A stretch of DNA of 58,035 nucleotides, from assembly GCA_000442015.1 (NCBI GenBank), contig KE560897.1, positions 1 through 58,035 of the forward strand, written 5' to 3'. Below, in pieces: positions 28,236 to 41,158 of this stretch. The first letter of the stretch is position 1; every line of letters begins with the position of its first letter. The notes under the pieces are model-generated. The model searched no databases. It saw nothing but the letters and a program-made list of their open reading frames with translations, and had not been told where the DNA came from. Both the position numbers and the translations under genes were made by a program. This DNA comes from Rozella allomycis CSF55. Lineage: Eukaryota.

Positions 28236-30144
28236 ATGTGTCAAGTGAAACATTTTTGCCAATATAAAGTGATGAAAGTGATAGCTGATGATTCAATGAT
28301 TATATCAGTACTGCTTTGCTTGGTGGGTATTCTTTTAACGGGACAAGTCAAAGGGCAAGATCCTTCGCTAAATTCGATTAACTATGAAATTAATTTTGGA
28401 CCTATAGTCCAAATCAAAAACATAGCAAAAGCCGTGTTAAACATGACGTTTGAACAGCAGAGTGACTACTTGACAGCGCATGCGAACAATACACTAGCAA
28501 AAATGCATATTAATGTTGACTCGTACTTGAAATTTGGAAAAGAATCTGCTGATAGTGAGTTTAGTGATTTTAAAGAGTGGGTTACAAGTAGTTTGGAGGA
28601 CAAGATTGATTGGATCAAAAGTAGACTTGAAGAAAAGGCAGAATTAAAGAAGGCAGTCATGAGTTTCGTGGAAAGGTTTAAAATGAAGCAAATAAGTCTT
28701 TTTGATGCCTACTATTTCATTGACAGTGCTGACTTTATTTTCAAGCACATAGGCGCATACAAGAAATTGACAGATTCATATTCATTTGATAAGTTCTTGC
28801 TGAAGTACAACTTTGAAAGAGTGAACAATATTTATGCTAGGTATTTCGTGCGAAATTTTGTAAAGAAGAAAAGGCCAAATGTTGAGGATTTAACTGACCC
28901 ATTTGATTCTCCGATGGTTGCATTTCCTAGTATAGCGAGGCACGAGTTTTATTTTATGGATGAAATTGCAAAAGACAGAATTGTAGATGAATTAGCAAGA
29001 GTTGCTCTTCCAGTGGTCGGTTGTTATGAAAGGGCGCAAGGTAAAAATTAATTTGGAATATGATAGACATGAAAAGTAGAAACACGATAATTGATAATTT
29101 GCAAAAAGAGTTTTATTCGAAATTGAAAAATAACTTGCAAGGAATGGACCATTCAACATCATTCTATTTTTCAAAACTTTTAGCTGTTAGATTTTTGAGT
29201 ATTGTTCATGATATTGACGATGGAAGTGAGACTGTTGAAACAAATACTAGTGAAGAAATTATTGGTGCATTTCCTGTAGATACAGTAGATATATCCCAAA
29301 TAATTAAGATTTATAAATTACACGTAAATCGAAATGTTTTTGTTGAATCGTTTGAAGACATAAAAGATAAAATAATGAACCTTGACCCGATTGACAGTGA
29401 AAATGTTATATATCTTTATCAACTTATTAATTTCTTGAAAGATAAAGATCTTGGTGATGACTATTTTACCAAAAGCATGAAAATAATTGAAATAATTCGA
29501 TTCACATTTGATCTACAAGAAAAGGAAACGATTTCATATGCATATGCATGCAAGAAAGTAAATCAAAAATTTAGACGAATAATGAAAACACAAGAACCAA
29601 TGGAATATTCTAAGTTGTTTATTTATCTATTTTATGTGATATTTGGCGATACCGAAAATGACCTTCAGTTAAATTTATCAATGATGGAACATCAAGAGGA
29701 ATCTTTTATAAACACTATGGAAAAGATTACAAGTAAAGTAATTATACATGTTGAATAGAAATGAATGATTTCTTCCTATTGAAGCGAGCCACTGCCATAG
29801 CCAGTTATGATTATACAATTGTGAATGAAATTAGTTATTTGGCTACTGACAATCTTTTTATTTCAAGACTGCTGATATCATTCTTGATATCAACGTTAGC
29901 GAACCCTATTTTGTATAAAATTATTGCATTTATTCTTAACATCCCATCAATGTTGATACATGCTTTAACGTTTTTAATCATTTGGGTTGTTTCTAGTATT
30001 CTATTCTTGGTAACGTCCACTGCAAGCCTGATTTTTCGGGTAACATTGACTATTTTGTCGTCCAAGCTCTGTATCTTCAGCTTGATAGTTTACTTTATAT
30101 ATCGCAAAAATACAAATTCTTGGATCAGGTCCCTCGTAACTTAA
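28236..30144 (+). CDS. Lineage-specific secreted/membrane family, member 2
   Basis: Signal peptide (real start may be near 28296); short introns near 29041-29066 and 29733-29758; C-terminal TM helices; shares the IS..DA.....VNN.Y.R block with members 1 and 3. Confidence 0.7.
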
Positions 30145-30320
30145 GCAATAAAATCGATTTAACTTATGGATGTTTATGATTTCGGATAGTTTAATCATGT
30201 AACTTGTTAGTCGTTACTTTTTCCCGTTTGCATGCATTCAAAACGGCCGTAGGCGTAATATTAAGAAAAGAATGAATTCCTGCGATGAATAAACTATAAA
30301 GGGGAAAAAAGTTTCCACAT

Positions 30321-31660
30321 TTATTGAACAAACTTTTCATTAATGTAACGAGATATGACTAGACGTTGAATTTGCGACGTTCCCTCATAGATTTGAAAGA
30401 TTTTTGCATCTCTCATTAGCTTTTCAACAGGATACTATCCATGATACAAATTAAAGAATACCTCAGTGTTAAACCCATTTCCTCCAAATATTTGAACAGC
30501 ATCAGTAGCTGCTTTGTTGGCAAACTCGGACGCGAAAGCTTTGGCGATGGATGCATAATAGGTATTCGATCGTTTCTGATCTATTTCATATGCTGCTCTA
30601 TAAACCAAGGTTTTAGATGCCTCGTATCCAATCGCCATATCAGCAAGCATAAAGGATACTGCCTGATGTTCTATTATTGGTTTTCCCATGGTTTTTCTTT
30701 CATTGGCATACTTTGATGCTTCAGAAAGAGCCCTTCTCCCTAATCCAAGTGCACCTGCGCCAATTAATGGTCTTGTGATATCAAAGGCGGCCCTAAATCA
30801 CAACATGGATTCTGTTACATGGCAATTTTGAAGCCTTTTCCAACATCTCCCACGCGATTAGCGTCTGGAATTACAACATCTTCAAACGTGACAGCTCTTG
30901 TATCACTTGCACGTTGACCCATATTGATCTCTTTTCTTCCGATGCTCAATCCGGGTGTTCCCTTTTCCACTACAAAGCCGGTAAACGCTTTTCCTGTAGA
31001 TGCATTGGAATCAGTCTTTGCCAAAACAAAGTACCAATTCGCATGACCGGCATTAGTAATCCACATTTTCTGGCCATTGATTACCCATTCATTTCCCTTT
31101 TTGACCGCCGTAGTTTTTACCCCAGCAACATCGGAGCCAATAATATCATAATCAGCAATTAATTACCAGCACCAGGTTCAGTTACACAATATGAAGCCAT
31201 TAACGGCTCTTCAGTCATTCTGCCAAGATATTTCTTTTTCAGTTCCGGAGATCCAGCGACAATCAATGGCGCTTCTGCCAGATTATTCGCTTCAATTGCT
31301 GTGTTTATACCAGTACATCCAAAAGCAAGTTCTTCTGTTATTATGCATCCATCAAGAACTCCAAGACCTAACCCGCCATATTCCTGAGATATATGAGTGT
31401 TCATGAGGCCCAATTCCCAGGCTTTTTGAATAACCTTGGTTGGATACTCACCTGTTTGATCATAATGCGAGGCCAATTTTATAAGTTGCTGATTAAATTA
31501 CTGTAGGTATTATGTGCTCCTTGGCGAATTGTCTCGCTGTTTTTTGGAACTCCAACTGGTCGGATGATAATGTAAAATCTATAGAGTATTGGCGTATGGG
31601 GACAGAATGTTTTGAATTTTGCAGTATTCTTCCATTGAGGATTCTTTGAATTTTGAACAT
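30321..31660 (-). CDS. ACADM: Medium-chain acyl-CoA dehydrogenase, mitochondrial
   Basis: [77 protein letters not shown]. Confidence 0.95.
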
Positions 31661-31754
31661 GCGAATGTATGAAATTTCAAAATACCATTGAGAGAAGTAG
31701 AAAATGGATTATTTAAATATAAATGAAAATAGATATAGAGAATGAAAATGAGAT

Positions 31755-34132
31755 TTATTTTTCAGTTTCTTCTTCAGGTTTCGAATCTTCCGGTTTTGAA
31801 TCTTCAGGTTTTAAATATTTAGGCTTCGAACGGAATGATGCAACATAACTGCATACTCCTTTGGTTGCACAATATACGTTTTTGACCCACCCCGAAATTG
31901 TTTCTGCAACGTAACTTGTACCATCAACGACGTCTTCTGGACCTTTTAAAAAGTGGTAAAGATAGACGGAAAATAAAGTATATATAGTGGCAGCATAGTA
32001 AGGATGAAGATTAAAGATTTCAACAAGGAAGTCTTTAAGATGAGAGAGAATCACAATGACAAATGAGATGATTGAAGTGAGATTTAAGAAAGGAAGCCAG
32101 GACGTGACATGATAAAGAAAAGTAAATGCTAAAGGCATAAACATGTAAATTTTAAAAGAGTCAATACCAAATTGCAGCGGACGCTTCGTAATGTCATGCA
32201 TGATTTTCTTAAACCCATTCCAAAACTTGTCCTTTCTACTTAAAGGATTAAAAACATATCTTATTCCACCAAAGCCTTTCAATTCATCGCTAGGAAGTGG
32301 AATATAAATACCGAAATATTTAAAAGTTGTTACAAGAATTAAATAAAGTGGAGCGAACTGAAGGACACGCTTTAAAGCAGTATTCTTAAGAAATCCAAAC
32401 AAAGCAGGAACCTCATTTAAAGCACCATTACCGACTCTCTTTAGATATTCAACTGCATATGAGTAGCCAAAACCTGTCGTGCCAATTACAGCAGAGAAAA
32501 CCTTCCAAGGATAAAAATACAAGAAAACTTGAAAGGCTATAAAGGCTAATTTAAGAAAAATATTCTTTTTGAAGAATTTAATTCTCTTTAAGGGTCCCTA
32601 TTGTAGATAAAATAAAAATGACTTACCTTCACTGTGGACACTATAGATGTTACTGTATTTTTAATCCCCATAGATTTTTTAGCAACCATTGATTTTGTAC
32701 TTTTAACTGAAGAAAGAAAGCTTTTTATCAATCCTGAATCTCTAATGACTTTATTGTTAATAGAAACTTTTCCGATAGTAAATTCTTTTTGATTTTCATA
32801 GTCTGTCAAATCGTTTAAGTACTTTAAATAATTTGCTGTAATTTCCTTTCTAGAAATTATTATTTTTGAAATAGCAAAAGTATCCTTGTAGCCATTAGAA
32901 CCAATGTTTAACAATAAGAATGCATAAAATGTGGCTTGATTTGCTATGGAGTCAGAATTTTCTTCATTGACAAAAAGTTCAGCAAATTTTTTCTTTAAAG
33001 CTTCAAACTTTAACCCTTTACGAGAATCAAAGTCTGACATTTGATTGGCGTTTTGCACTGCTTTTGAAAATAACTTTGTAGCAGTCTCAATTAACTCTTG
33101 ATTATTGATTATTTTATTCAAGGTGATTCTAAAATAGAAGAGAACAAAATCGATTTGATCTGGACTTGGAAAATGAATAACATCCAAGGAATACTTTTTA
33201 ATGTCATCATATGAAGTTGGTAAAAAGTTTTGGTCAAATATCAAATCAAATTTCTTCAAGTTTTCAATATGATAATTTTTGGAATCATCATTCTGCTCTG
33301 TGACTATCGTGTTCACAGTATGGATGATAATAACTTTAGCCATCAATTCTCTTCTTCCCAAAGCAATATGTTCATTCATTAAAGGTAATCCTAGAATTTG
33401 CTTATATAAATGATTAATCGCAATGACTTTATTCTTCTTTCCATCTACTCTATTGAACAATTTTCATTTACCTTTATCCATATTCATATGCGCGCTAATA
33501 AATTCAGTTAATTTCCCCTTTATCTCTGCAAGCATCTTGGCCTTTACGTCTTCGTTTTCAATAAAGTAAAATTCCAAACCAACTCTGCCCATGACCTGAG
33601 TCAATAAACTATTCAAATGCTCAAAGTCTTCAACTTTAATATCAGCAACTCTTTTTAAATGGCAACGATTAAAAAAGTTATTCACCATCTTGTAATTAAA
33701 AAACATTCTTGACTCTTCAAACTTTGCTACTCTCTCAGAAAACTTCTCGCGGGAACACTTGTTCTTTAACAATATATCAAACGCAGGATTCTTCATATGA
33801 AATAAAGCTTCCGGGGCACTAATAAGATTTTTTGTATACTTTTCATAGTAGTACAACACAAACGAATCGAGTCTCGCTTGGCACTCTTTTCTAACCGACG
33901 ACCACGATGCTCTTGGCATTTTCTCCTCGAAAATTTTCTCCATAGTATCATCATTGTGCTCAGTTTGGTTTTTAGCAACTTGGAGCATATAAGCACCGGT
34001 TTCTTCTCTGGTCTTACCAATAAGCTCACTCGTGTCACTGTCAAATACATAGCTAAAATCAGAATTATTGGGACTAAGAATCCTTGAACTTGCAAGAGCA
34101 AAGAAAAATATAAACGCACACAGTCGCAACAT
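31755..34132 (-). CDS. Lineage-specific secreted/membrane family, member 3
   Basis: Signal peptide MLRLCAFIFFFALASS; two short introns join three ORFs in frame; multi-TM C-terminus; N-domain aligns well with member 1. Confidence 0.75.
31770..31812 (-). repeat. Short coding tandem repeat (15-nt unit, KPEDS x2 plus KPEE)
   Basis: Translation KPEDSKPEDSKPEE. Confidence 0.7.
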
Positions 34133-34745
34133 TTTTTTCTTGGACAAGGGTTGCTTATTTAGATGATTACACTTTCCTTTACCGGCAGTCGGTGTTATTT
34201 TCCTTCATTTAATATAAAATAATATAATAGTTTCTTTTTTGTTAATATTTATGGTTCAGTTCCATAAAGAGTTAAAGACATCAAATAATAGAATTGAATT
34301 TGTTGGCAATAATTTAAACGTTATAAATTTTCAGTAATTAAATTATTAATAGTCAATAGATATAAATTTGCACACCATTCTCTCCATTCTCAGGAGTTTT
34401 GAATCTTTAATTAAAGTCACGAATCCAACTCAAAGTTACACTAACACATCAATCGTTGGATCGCAATAAATTGATCAGTTGATTCATTTCAATGTAAGAA
34501 TTTATGTTTTTAACTTTTTTTGCAACGAGAATTCTACCAAAATATATCGAATATGAGGCGACGACTTAAAATCAATGTAGAAACAAATATAACATTATTC
34601 AAAAATTCGATGAATATGTTCAACATTTATTACATTTATTATTCAGGTTTTGAAAACCCAATATATTGTGAATAATTCTACTCAGCCCTGCACTGATGAG
34701 ATTGACTTTGCCACCACAGGGCACAGGGTGACATTATCAGTTGAA

Positions 34746-35747
34746 ATGAAAATTTCAAGCCACACCGCCAGCTACAATAAGCTGTTAGCCATTATCCATG
34801 CACTATGCATAAGCTGCACTGTTCTTTCGATAGGCACTCTAGTGTGGTTTCTCGTAGCTCCGCCGCGCTCAAGCACGACGAATATAGGTACTTCAGACGA
34901 AAGCATTCCAATGCTTATTTGGACGTACTGGGACAGCGACAATGACAGCGACATTCCGCGCCTCGTTTCCGCGTGCATGAAATCATGGAAACAGCATGCC
35001 GGCGACCATGTGATTACAATGATAAGACCGTCGGGTATCAAAACGCATATTAGGAGGGATGTCCCGAAAGAGTTTGTGAACTGGAAGCCGCAGTTCAAGG
35101 CGGACTGGATCCGACTGGCGGTGTTGAGTGAGCATGGTGGAATATGGCTGGACGCGTCTATCTTGATAACGCGGGATTTGGGGTACATCCATGAAAAGCA
35201 GCGGTGGATGCGCGCGCCGGTGTATGGGTACCATTTGGATGGGTATACTGTGGATGGCAATTTCCCGGTGTTTGAGAATTGGCTGATTGCGGCTGTGCGC
35301 GATAGTGCGACGATTAATGCTTGGTTTGCCGAGACGGAGTTTGCGTTTACTAGATTTGCGAATGACAGTGACAAGGAGGATTTGTATGACCGGTATTTGC
35401 AGGAGAAGTTTGGGATGGATGTGTATTTACAGTTGAAGCAGAAGATTGATATTAGCGGGTATTTGAAGATGCATATGGCGTTGCAGAAGATTATGCAGAT
35501 TGATGGTGCACCTGTGCCTAGAAGTGATGCGGCAGAGTTTTATCCGAATGGACCTTATACGTATGTTTATGAGAATAAATGGGAGATGAAAAAATCGATG
35601 CAGAAATTGATGAAAAAGGCTACGCAAGAGTTTTATCCAATTTATAAGTTTAATGGGTATAGTAGAATAGTTCTTGAAGAGCTGTTGAAAGAGGGTGAAA
35701 TAATTGAAGAGGGAAGTCTTTTAGGAAAATATTTTCATTCTCAATAG
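34746..35747 (+). CDS. GT32-like / capsular polysaccharide synthesis glycosyltransferase, type II membrane
   Basis: N-terminal TM, IWTYWD, CMKSWK, KADWIRLAVLSEHGGIWLDAS, ENWLIAA; intronless. Confidence 0.85.
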   Translation: MKISSHTASYNKLLAIIHALCISCTVLSIGTLVWFLVAPPRSSTTNIGTSDESIPMLIWTYWDSDNDSDIPRLVSACMKSWKQHAGDHVITMIRPSGIKTHIRRDVPKEFVNWKPQFKADWIRLAVLSEHGGIWLDASILITRDLGYIHEKQRWMRAPVYGYHLDGYTVDGNFPVFENWLIAAVRDSATINAWFAETEFAFTRFANDSDKEDLYDRYLQEKFGMDVYLQLKQKIDISGYLKMHMALQKIMQIDGAPVPRSDAAEFYPNGPYTYVYENKWEMKKSMQKLMKKATQEFYPIYKFNGYSRIVLEELLKEGEIIEEGSLLGKYFHSQ

Positions 35748-35842
35748 ACACATAGAACTTATAATAGAATAAACTTACGAATTAACAAAATTTCATTTGT
35801 AATATTTTCATTCACTTTAAATATTTCCATACTTTATTTGAT

Positions 35843-38800
35843 TTATTTGGAATCAATGTTTAAATAATTTTTAATAGATTCTTCAAGAATTGAAATTTCG
35901 GAATTAAAATCTTGAATTTTCTTTTGATTAGCCGATTTAGTTTCCTGGCTTGCTTTAGTATCATAGCTTGAATGATTAATGATTTCATTTAATTTGTTTA
36001 ATTGAATTTGAATAGAAGAAATTTTCTCGTTTGCTTTTTCAATTTCAGATTTAATGTCAACAACGCCCTAGAATGAAACAAGAAGAATGAAATTACTTTG
36101 ATTAAAAGAAAGATTGAAGAATTAGCGTTGATGTTAAACACAGCGCAGCCAGAAGGAATTTCATCAGTGAAAGAAATATCGGCTAGTTCTTTAACGAGAT
36201 TGATGATGAGAGATTTATTTTTGGAGAGAATTTGATTTTGATTTGATTTGATGAATATTTTGGGGTTTGAAGTTATTTTGTAGTCAGAGATTAGAGATCT
36301 GCAACCCTTGATGATTGACAAAATGAAATCAAATTCTTCTTCTTCAATTTTGAAATCAAATTCACTCTTGTGGGTTGGAAAGGAAGAAATGCAAATAGAT
36401 TCAATTTTATTATTTTTTCTTTTTGGCAATCTTTGGAATAATTCTTCAGTAACAAAAGGCATAAAAGGATGCAACAATTGTAAACCTTTTTCAATGCAGA
36501 AAAATAAAACATTTTTAGATTGAGAATTTTCAAGATTAAATTTTACAGATTCCTAAATTTATTAAAAAAAGATCTAAATTTACAATATAAATATCACACA
36601 AAGAATACAACCAAAATGAATGAATTAAACTTGTAACATTCATAAAATTATATTCATTAAAATTCTTATCAACTTCAAGACATGTTTTATTCAATCTTGA
36701 TAAAATCCATTTATCAACCAAACTTTCATTTCCTGTAATTTTAAACTCTTCTTCTGGCACAAAATCATCACCAAATTTATTCAATGAAAATTTAACGGCA
36801 TTCCAAATCTTATTACAAAACTTTTTATAACCTTCTATTCTCAACACATCCAAATTAATCGTTCCCCCTGGCGTTATATATGAACACAATCCAAATCTCA
36901 ACGCGTCAGTCCCACAACAACTAATTCCATTGGGGAAATCAATCTCTTGCACCTTTTTGGCTCTTTCCACTTCCTTTTCAGCTAAATTTCCCATTTCTAT
37001 TCTCTTTTGCATCTCTTGCAATGTTATCCCTTCAATAACATCCAATGGATCCACAACATTCCCTTTACTCTTGCTCATCTTCTCTCCATGCGCATCTCTA
37101 ACCATCGGATGCAGAAACACTTGCTTAAATGGAACTTGGTCTGTAAAATACAATCCAAACATTATCATTCTAATCACCCAAAAGAATAAAATATCTTGGC
37201 CAGTCTCCAACAGTGAATTTGGATAAAACGTTTCAAAATCTTTCGTCTTCTTTGGCCATCCCATAATAGACATGGGCCACAACCCACTAGAAAACCACGT
37301 GTCCAACACATCCTCATCTTGCTTCAACTCAAATTCATCTCTCACAACATTATACTTTTTCATAACCTTCAAAACACACTCTTCTTCATTTCTACCAACT
37401 ACCCACTCCTCTGGTATCACTTTGCTCTTGATCAAATAAGCTGGTATTCTATGCCCCCACCACAATTGTCTACTCAAACACCATTCTCTTATATTCTCCA
37501 ACCAATGGAAATAATTCTTCTCTTGCTCCTTTGGAAATATCTTCAAATCTCCATCCTTCACTGCCTTTATTGCCCTCTCTGCCAACTCTGAACAGTCCAT
37601 AAACCATTGCATCTTAATTCTCGGCTCGATAATATCTCCAGATCTACTGCATATTGGTATCGTCATCGCATGCTTCTCTTCCTTTCTATACAATCCTTTA
37701 CTCTTCAATGCTTCAATCACTCTTTCTCTAGCCTCAAATCTAGGAACTCCTTCAAACTCTCCTCCATTCTCATTAATTGTATTGTCATCATTTAATATAT
37801 TAATAAACTCCAATCCATGTCTCTTTCCAATCTCAAAATCAGTTGGATCATGAGCCGGTGTCACCTTAACGGCCCCTGTTCCTTTATCCATCTCAGCTTT
37901 TTCATCCAACACAATTGGAATCTCCCTCTCACTAAATGGATGCTTCAATTTCTTTCCATGGAATTTCTTATACCTCTCATCCAATGGATTAATAGCAACT
38001 CCACTATCTCCAAGAATAGTCTCTGGTCTAGTCGTTGCAACAACAATCTCTTCATCTTCATTGCCAACAACCTTGTACGCAAAATGAAGAAACATTCCAA
38101 ACTTATATTCACTCTTGGGATGTCCATGAACACTCAAATATGTTCCTCCCTCAATCTCTTTATTATCAACCTCCTCATTAGATAACACTGTATTCAACTT
38201 TCCACAAAAGTTCACCAACCGACTTCCTCTGCTAATCCTTCCATCCTCATACAACCTCACAAACGCTTCAGTAACAGCCTCACTCAAATCCTACACATTC
38301 ATCCACCTCCAACACACTTACCTGATCAAGCGTAAATTTAACACGGTCCCAATCATTACTAGCACCCAGTCTCATAAACTGCTCATAGATCCTATTCCCA
38401 TACTGCTCCTTCCACTTCCAAACCTCATCCAAGAATTTTTCTCTCCCAAGCTCGTGTCTCGTAACTTTCCTCTCCTTCATCAACCTCTTCTCAACAACCG
38501 CCTGCGTCGAAATCCCAGCATGGTCACAGCCAGGCACATACAACGCAGCATACCCGTGCATCCTCTTCCATCTCGTCAACGCATCCTGCACTGCAACAGT
38601 CAAAGCATGCCCCAGGTGCAGCGAGCCAGTCACATTCGGCGGCGGAATAGGAATCACATACGCGCCCTTCTTGTTCTCCGCCGGATCCCCATACACCTCG
38701 GGCTTAAAATACCCCTGCTTCTTCCACCACGCATACCATCCTGCTTCAACAGCCATCGGCTTATACGTCGACAACATCGGCTGGCTCATATCTACCATCC

Positions 38801-39153
38801 ACCCAAAATCAGCACCTTACCCTTCTTCTCGCCAGGAACAGTCGTATCAACAAACTCTGGCTCAGCAACTCGCTCCTTCACGTCCTTTTCCTTTTTCTTC
38901 TTGCTGCCCTGCTGCCCTTGCATCAGCGCCTCTCCCACACTTTTAGATTTATTACCTGCTTTTCTTGCTTGGCTTTCAGCTTTTCAAGCTTGGCCTTTTT
39001 CTCAGCTTCCTTTTTCAGCTTCTTTTCCAACTGCTTGGCACTAAGCTCCTCACTCATTTTTTGATAGTGGCGTAGTTGGAGGAGGGCATATGATATGTTC
39101 TGATGGCGGAGCGTGCGTGATAGAGGAGTCATCATGGAATGGATATTATTCAT
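35843..39153 (-). CDS. VAS1: Valyl-tRNA synthetase, probably cytosolic and mitochondrial
   Basis: [48 protein letters not shown]; in-frame ATGs at 39153 and 39057. Confidence 0.97.
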
Positions 39154-39698
39154 TGGATTTGAATAATTATGTGGATTATGTCTGGTTTAGGAAATTTTAA
39201 GATTGAATGTGATGAACAGAAAAGAATCAACATGAACTTTTACACTTTCTAATTATTTATCCAATTCCATTAGTTGGCGGTAAAAAGCTTTCTTAATAAG
39301 CTCTTTTTCTAAAAAAACATTTTAAGCTTTTTATGCCAGGTTTTACTTATGAGGACAAATTGCTAGGAATCCATACGAAATCGGTAAAGGCCTCGTTTTG
39401 AAAATCTGCAAGTGCATCCATAATAAACTGAATGGCAATGAGGATCGAGGAGAATCTTTTGACATTTTGACTAATGGAAGAGTTGCTATTTTATAAGCTA
39501 AATGGGCAGAAAGTAATTTTGAAAATAATTCTCAAGCGAATTAGGTCCTTGTTCGTTTAACTTCTACTTCGAATAGCAGATATTTAAATTAATTAAACCT
39601 ATAGGGCAAATGTACTTGCTATTATATAGTAAAAACAAAATTTTTATGCATAAAATTTATTATCTGATTTATCTGCACAATGTTTATTTCATTTCCAT

Positions 39699-41095
39699 TT
39701 AATCCGATTTTTTCGTTTGGTCTACCTGAATCACTTGCGGTCCGTTAATTAAAGCTCTAGCCATATCAATTACAGAAAATGGATGCTCCTTCATGTATTC
39801 TTCTTGCATCTTTTTTTGCTTTTCTACTTCTGCTGCTAATTCCTACTTGTAATATTTTTAATCCAACTACCTTTTTGTAATGCTCTACTATTTTTTGCCT
39901 TTCTTGTCTTTTTAGTACTTTAAATTCATCATAAGTCGGTACAACATATTCATCATTCGTATTTTGAGTCTATCATATATTATATGTGCAATTACTTTTA
40001 ATCCTAACCACTTTTTAATCCCTGAAGCAGTCTGCATGACTTGCAAGGTCTTCAACTGATTTTCTCTTGCTATTTCATATTTTTCTCTCATCAATTTATC
40101 AAAATCTTCCACTACATTCTTATCCTTGTAGGCCTTCAAATATTCTCTGACATCTTCTGTATTGCTTGCAGCCAAAGCTATTTAATATAAAAAGAAAATC
40201 TTACTCTCAAAAAAGTCTATATAAGAGTCAATGGAATAATCAAACTCTCCGTTCCATGCCTTTATCTTTACAGAATTCTCGGGATGCAATTGCAAAGATG
40301 GCTCTTCATAATCCAACATTACAACCTTCTTCATATCTCTGTTCAACATTCCAATATCTTTTAAATGAACGCCATTCTTAAAATGCGTCGAATCAGAATA
40401 CAACCTATAACCAACAATAGCGTGAAGTGGGTCCAAGTTATCCATTATCATAACCGCATCATTGGCATTCATCTTGGTAAACACGACTAGCTCATAATGA
40501 AACGCTAAATTATACAAAAACTCTTCAATCCCAGGTCTCTTTGCTATCCTCCACTTGCCAATATTTTTCTATCACTAAAATATACTTATCCTTACATCAA
40601 ACACATGACAAACAATAAACTTGTCTAAATTAATCACCAATGTATACGGTTTTTGATATGGCGCTGGTAGCGGATCAGGCAAAAGCTTTTTCGCCCGTGG
40701 TTGTGAATAGTAATTCCAAAAATCTTCAACACGTAATGGTACACGTCGGATAAATCCCTGGAAAGCATTTTCATTTTCTAAATTCGGATAGTCTTCATCG
40801 GCCCGTCCTTTGTTACACTCAAATTCATTTTACCAAAGCGGTATAATATGGATAACCCCACGGCAGACAACAAGGCATATGGCAGCCAAAGTGTCTTCTT
40901 ATTTTCACTGCTATTTGGCATGTCTGGAGTGTCAATGATTCGCTTGCTGCCCTCACTCTTTGTGGCGCTTGGTGGGGGCGAAACAGTCGCTTTGGGGTCG
41001 TTTTCAATGTTAGGTGATGCTTTATATGCATTTGTTGATTGATATCTGAGCCTATTTAAGGGAGTTGATCGAAATAGGCGGAAACGTGGTAACAT
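39699..41095 (-). CDS. TIM50: Mitochondrial import receptor Tim50 (NIF/FCP1-like domain)
   Basis: Presequence plus TM, KLLPDPLPAPYQKPYTLVINLD, WRIAKRPG, KDIGMLNRDMKKVV, LHPENS, EDVREYL. Confidence 0.93.
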
Positions 41096-41158
41096 TTTAG
41101 AACAAGGGTCTTAGATGCCGTAAATGGCTTTATTACAATCTATAATTAATCTTTTATT

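Noticed and set aside
30223-30246. CCGTTTG/CAAACGG hairpin between convergent genes; possible SECIS or ncRNA
   Set aside because: Only a 7-bp stem, no clear SECIS core, and no in-frame TGA in the neighbouring genes.
36930-39044. Many plus-strand ORFs over ValRS (likewise over dynein, DRC1 and the glycosyltransferase)
   Set aside because: Antisense shadows caused by codon bias; no motifs.
39474-39600. Possible tiny spliced ORF MEELLFYKLNGQK|VLVRLT...
   Set aside because: Only about 28 aa, with no supporting similarity.
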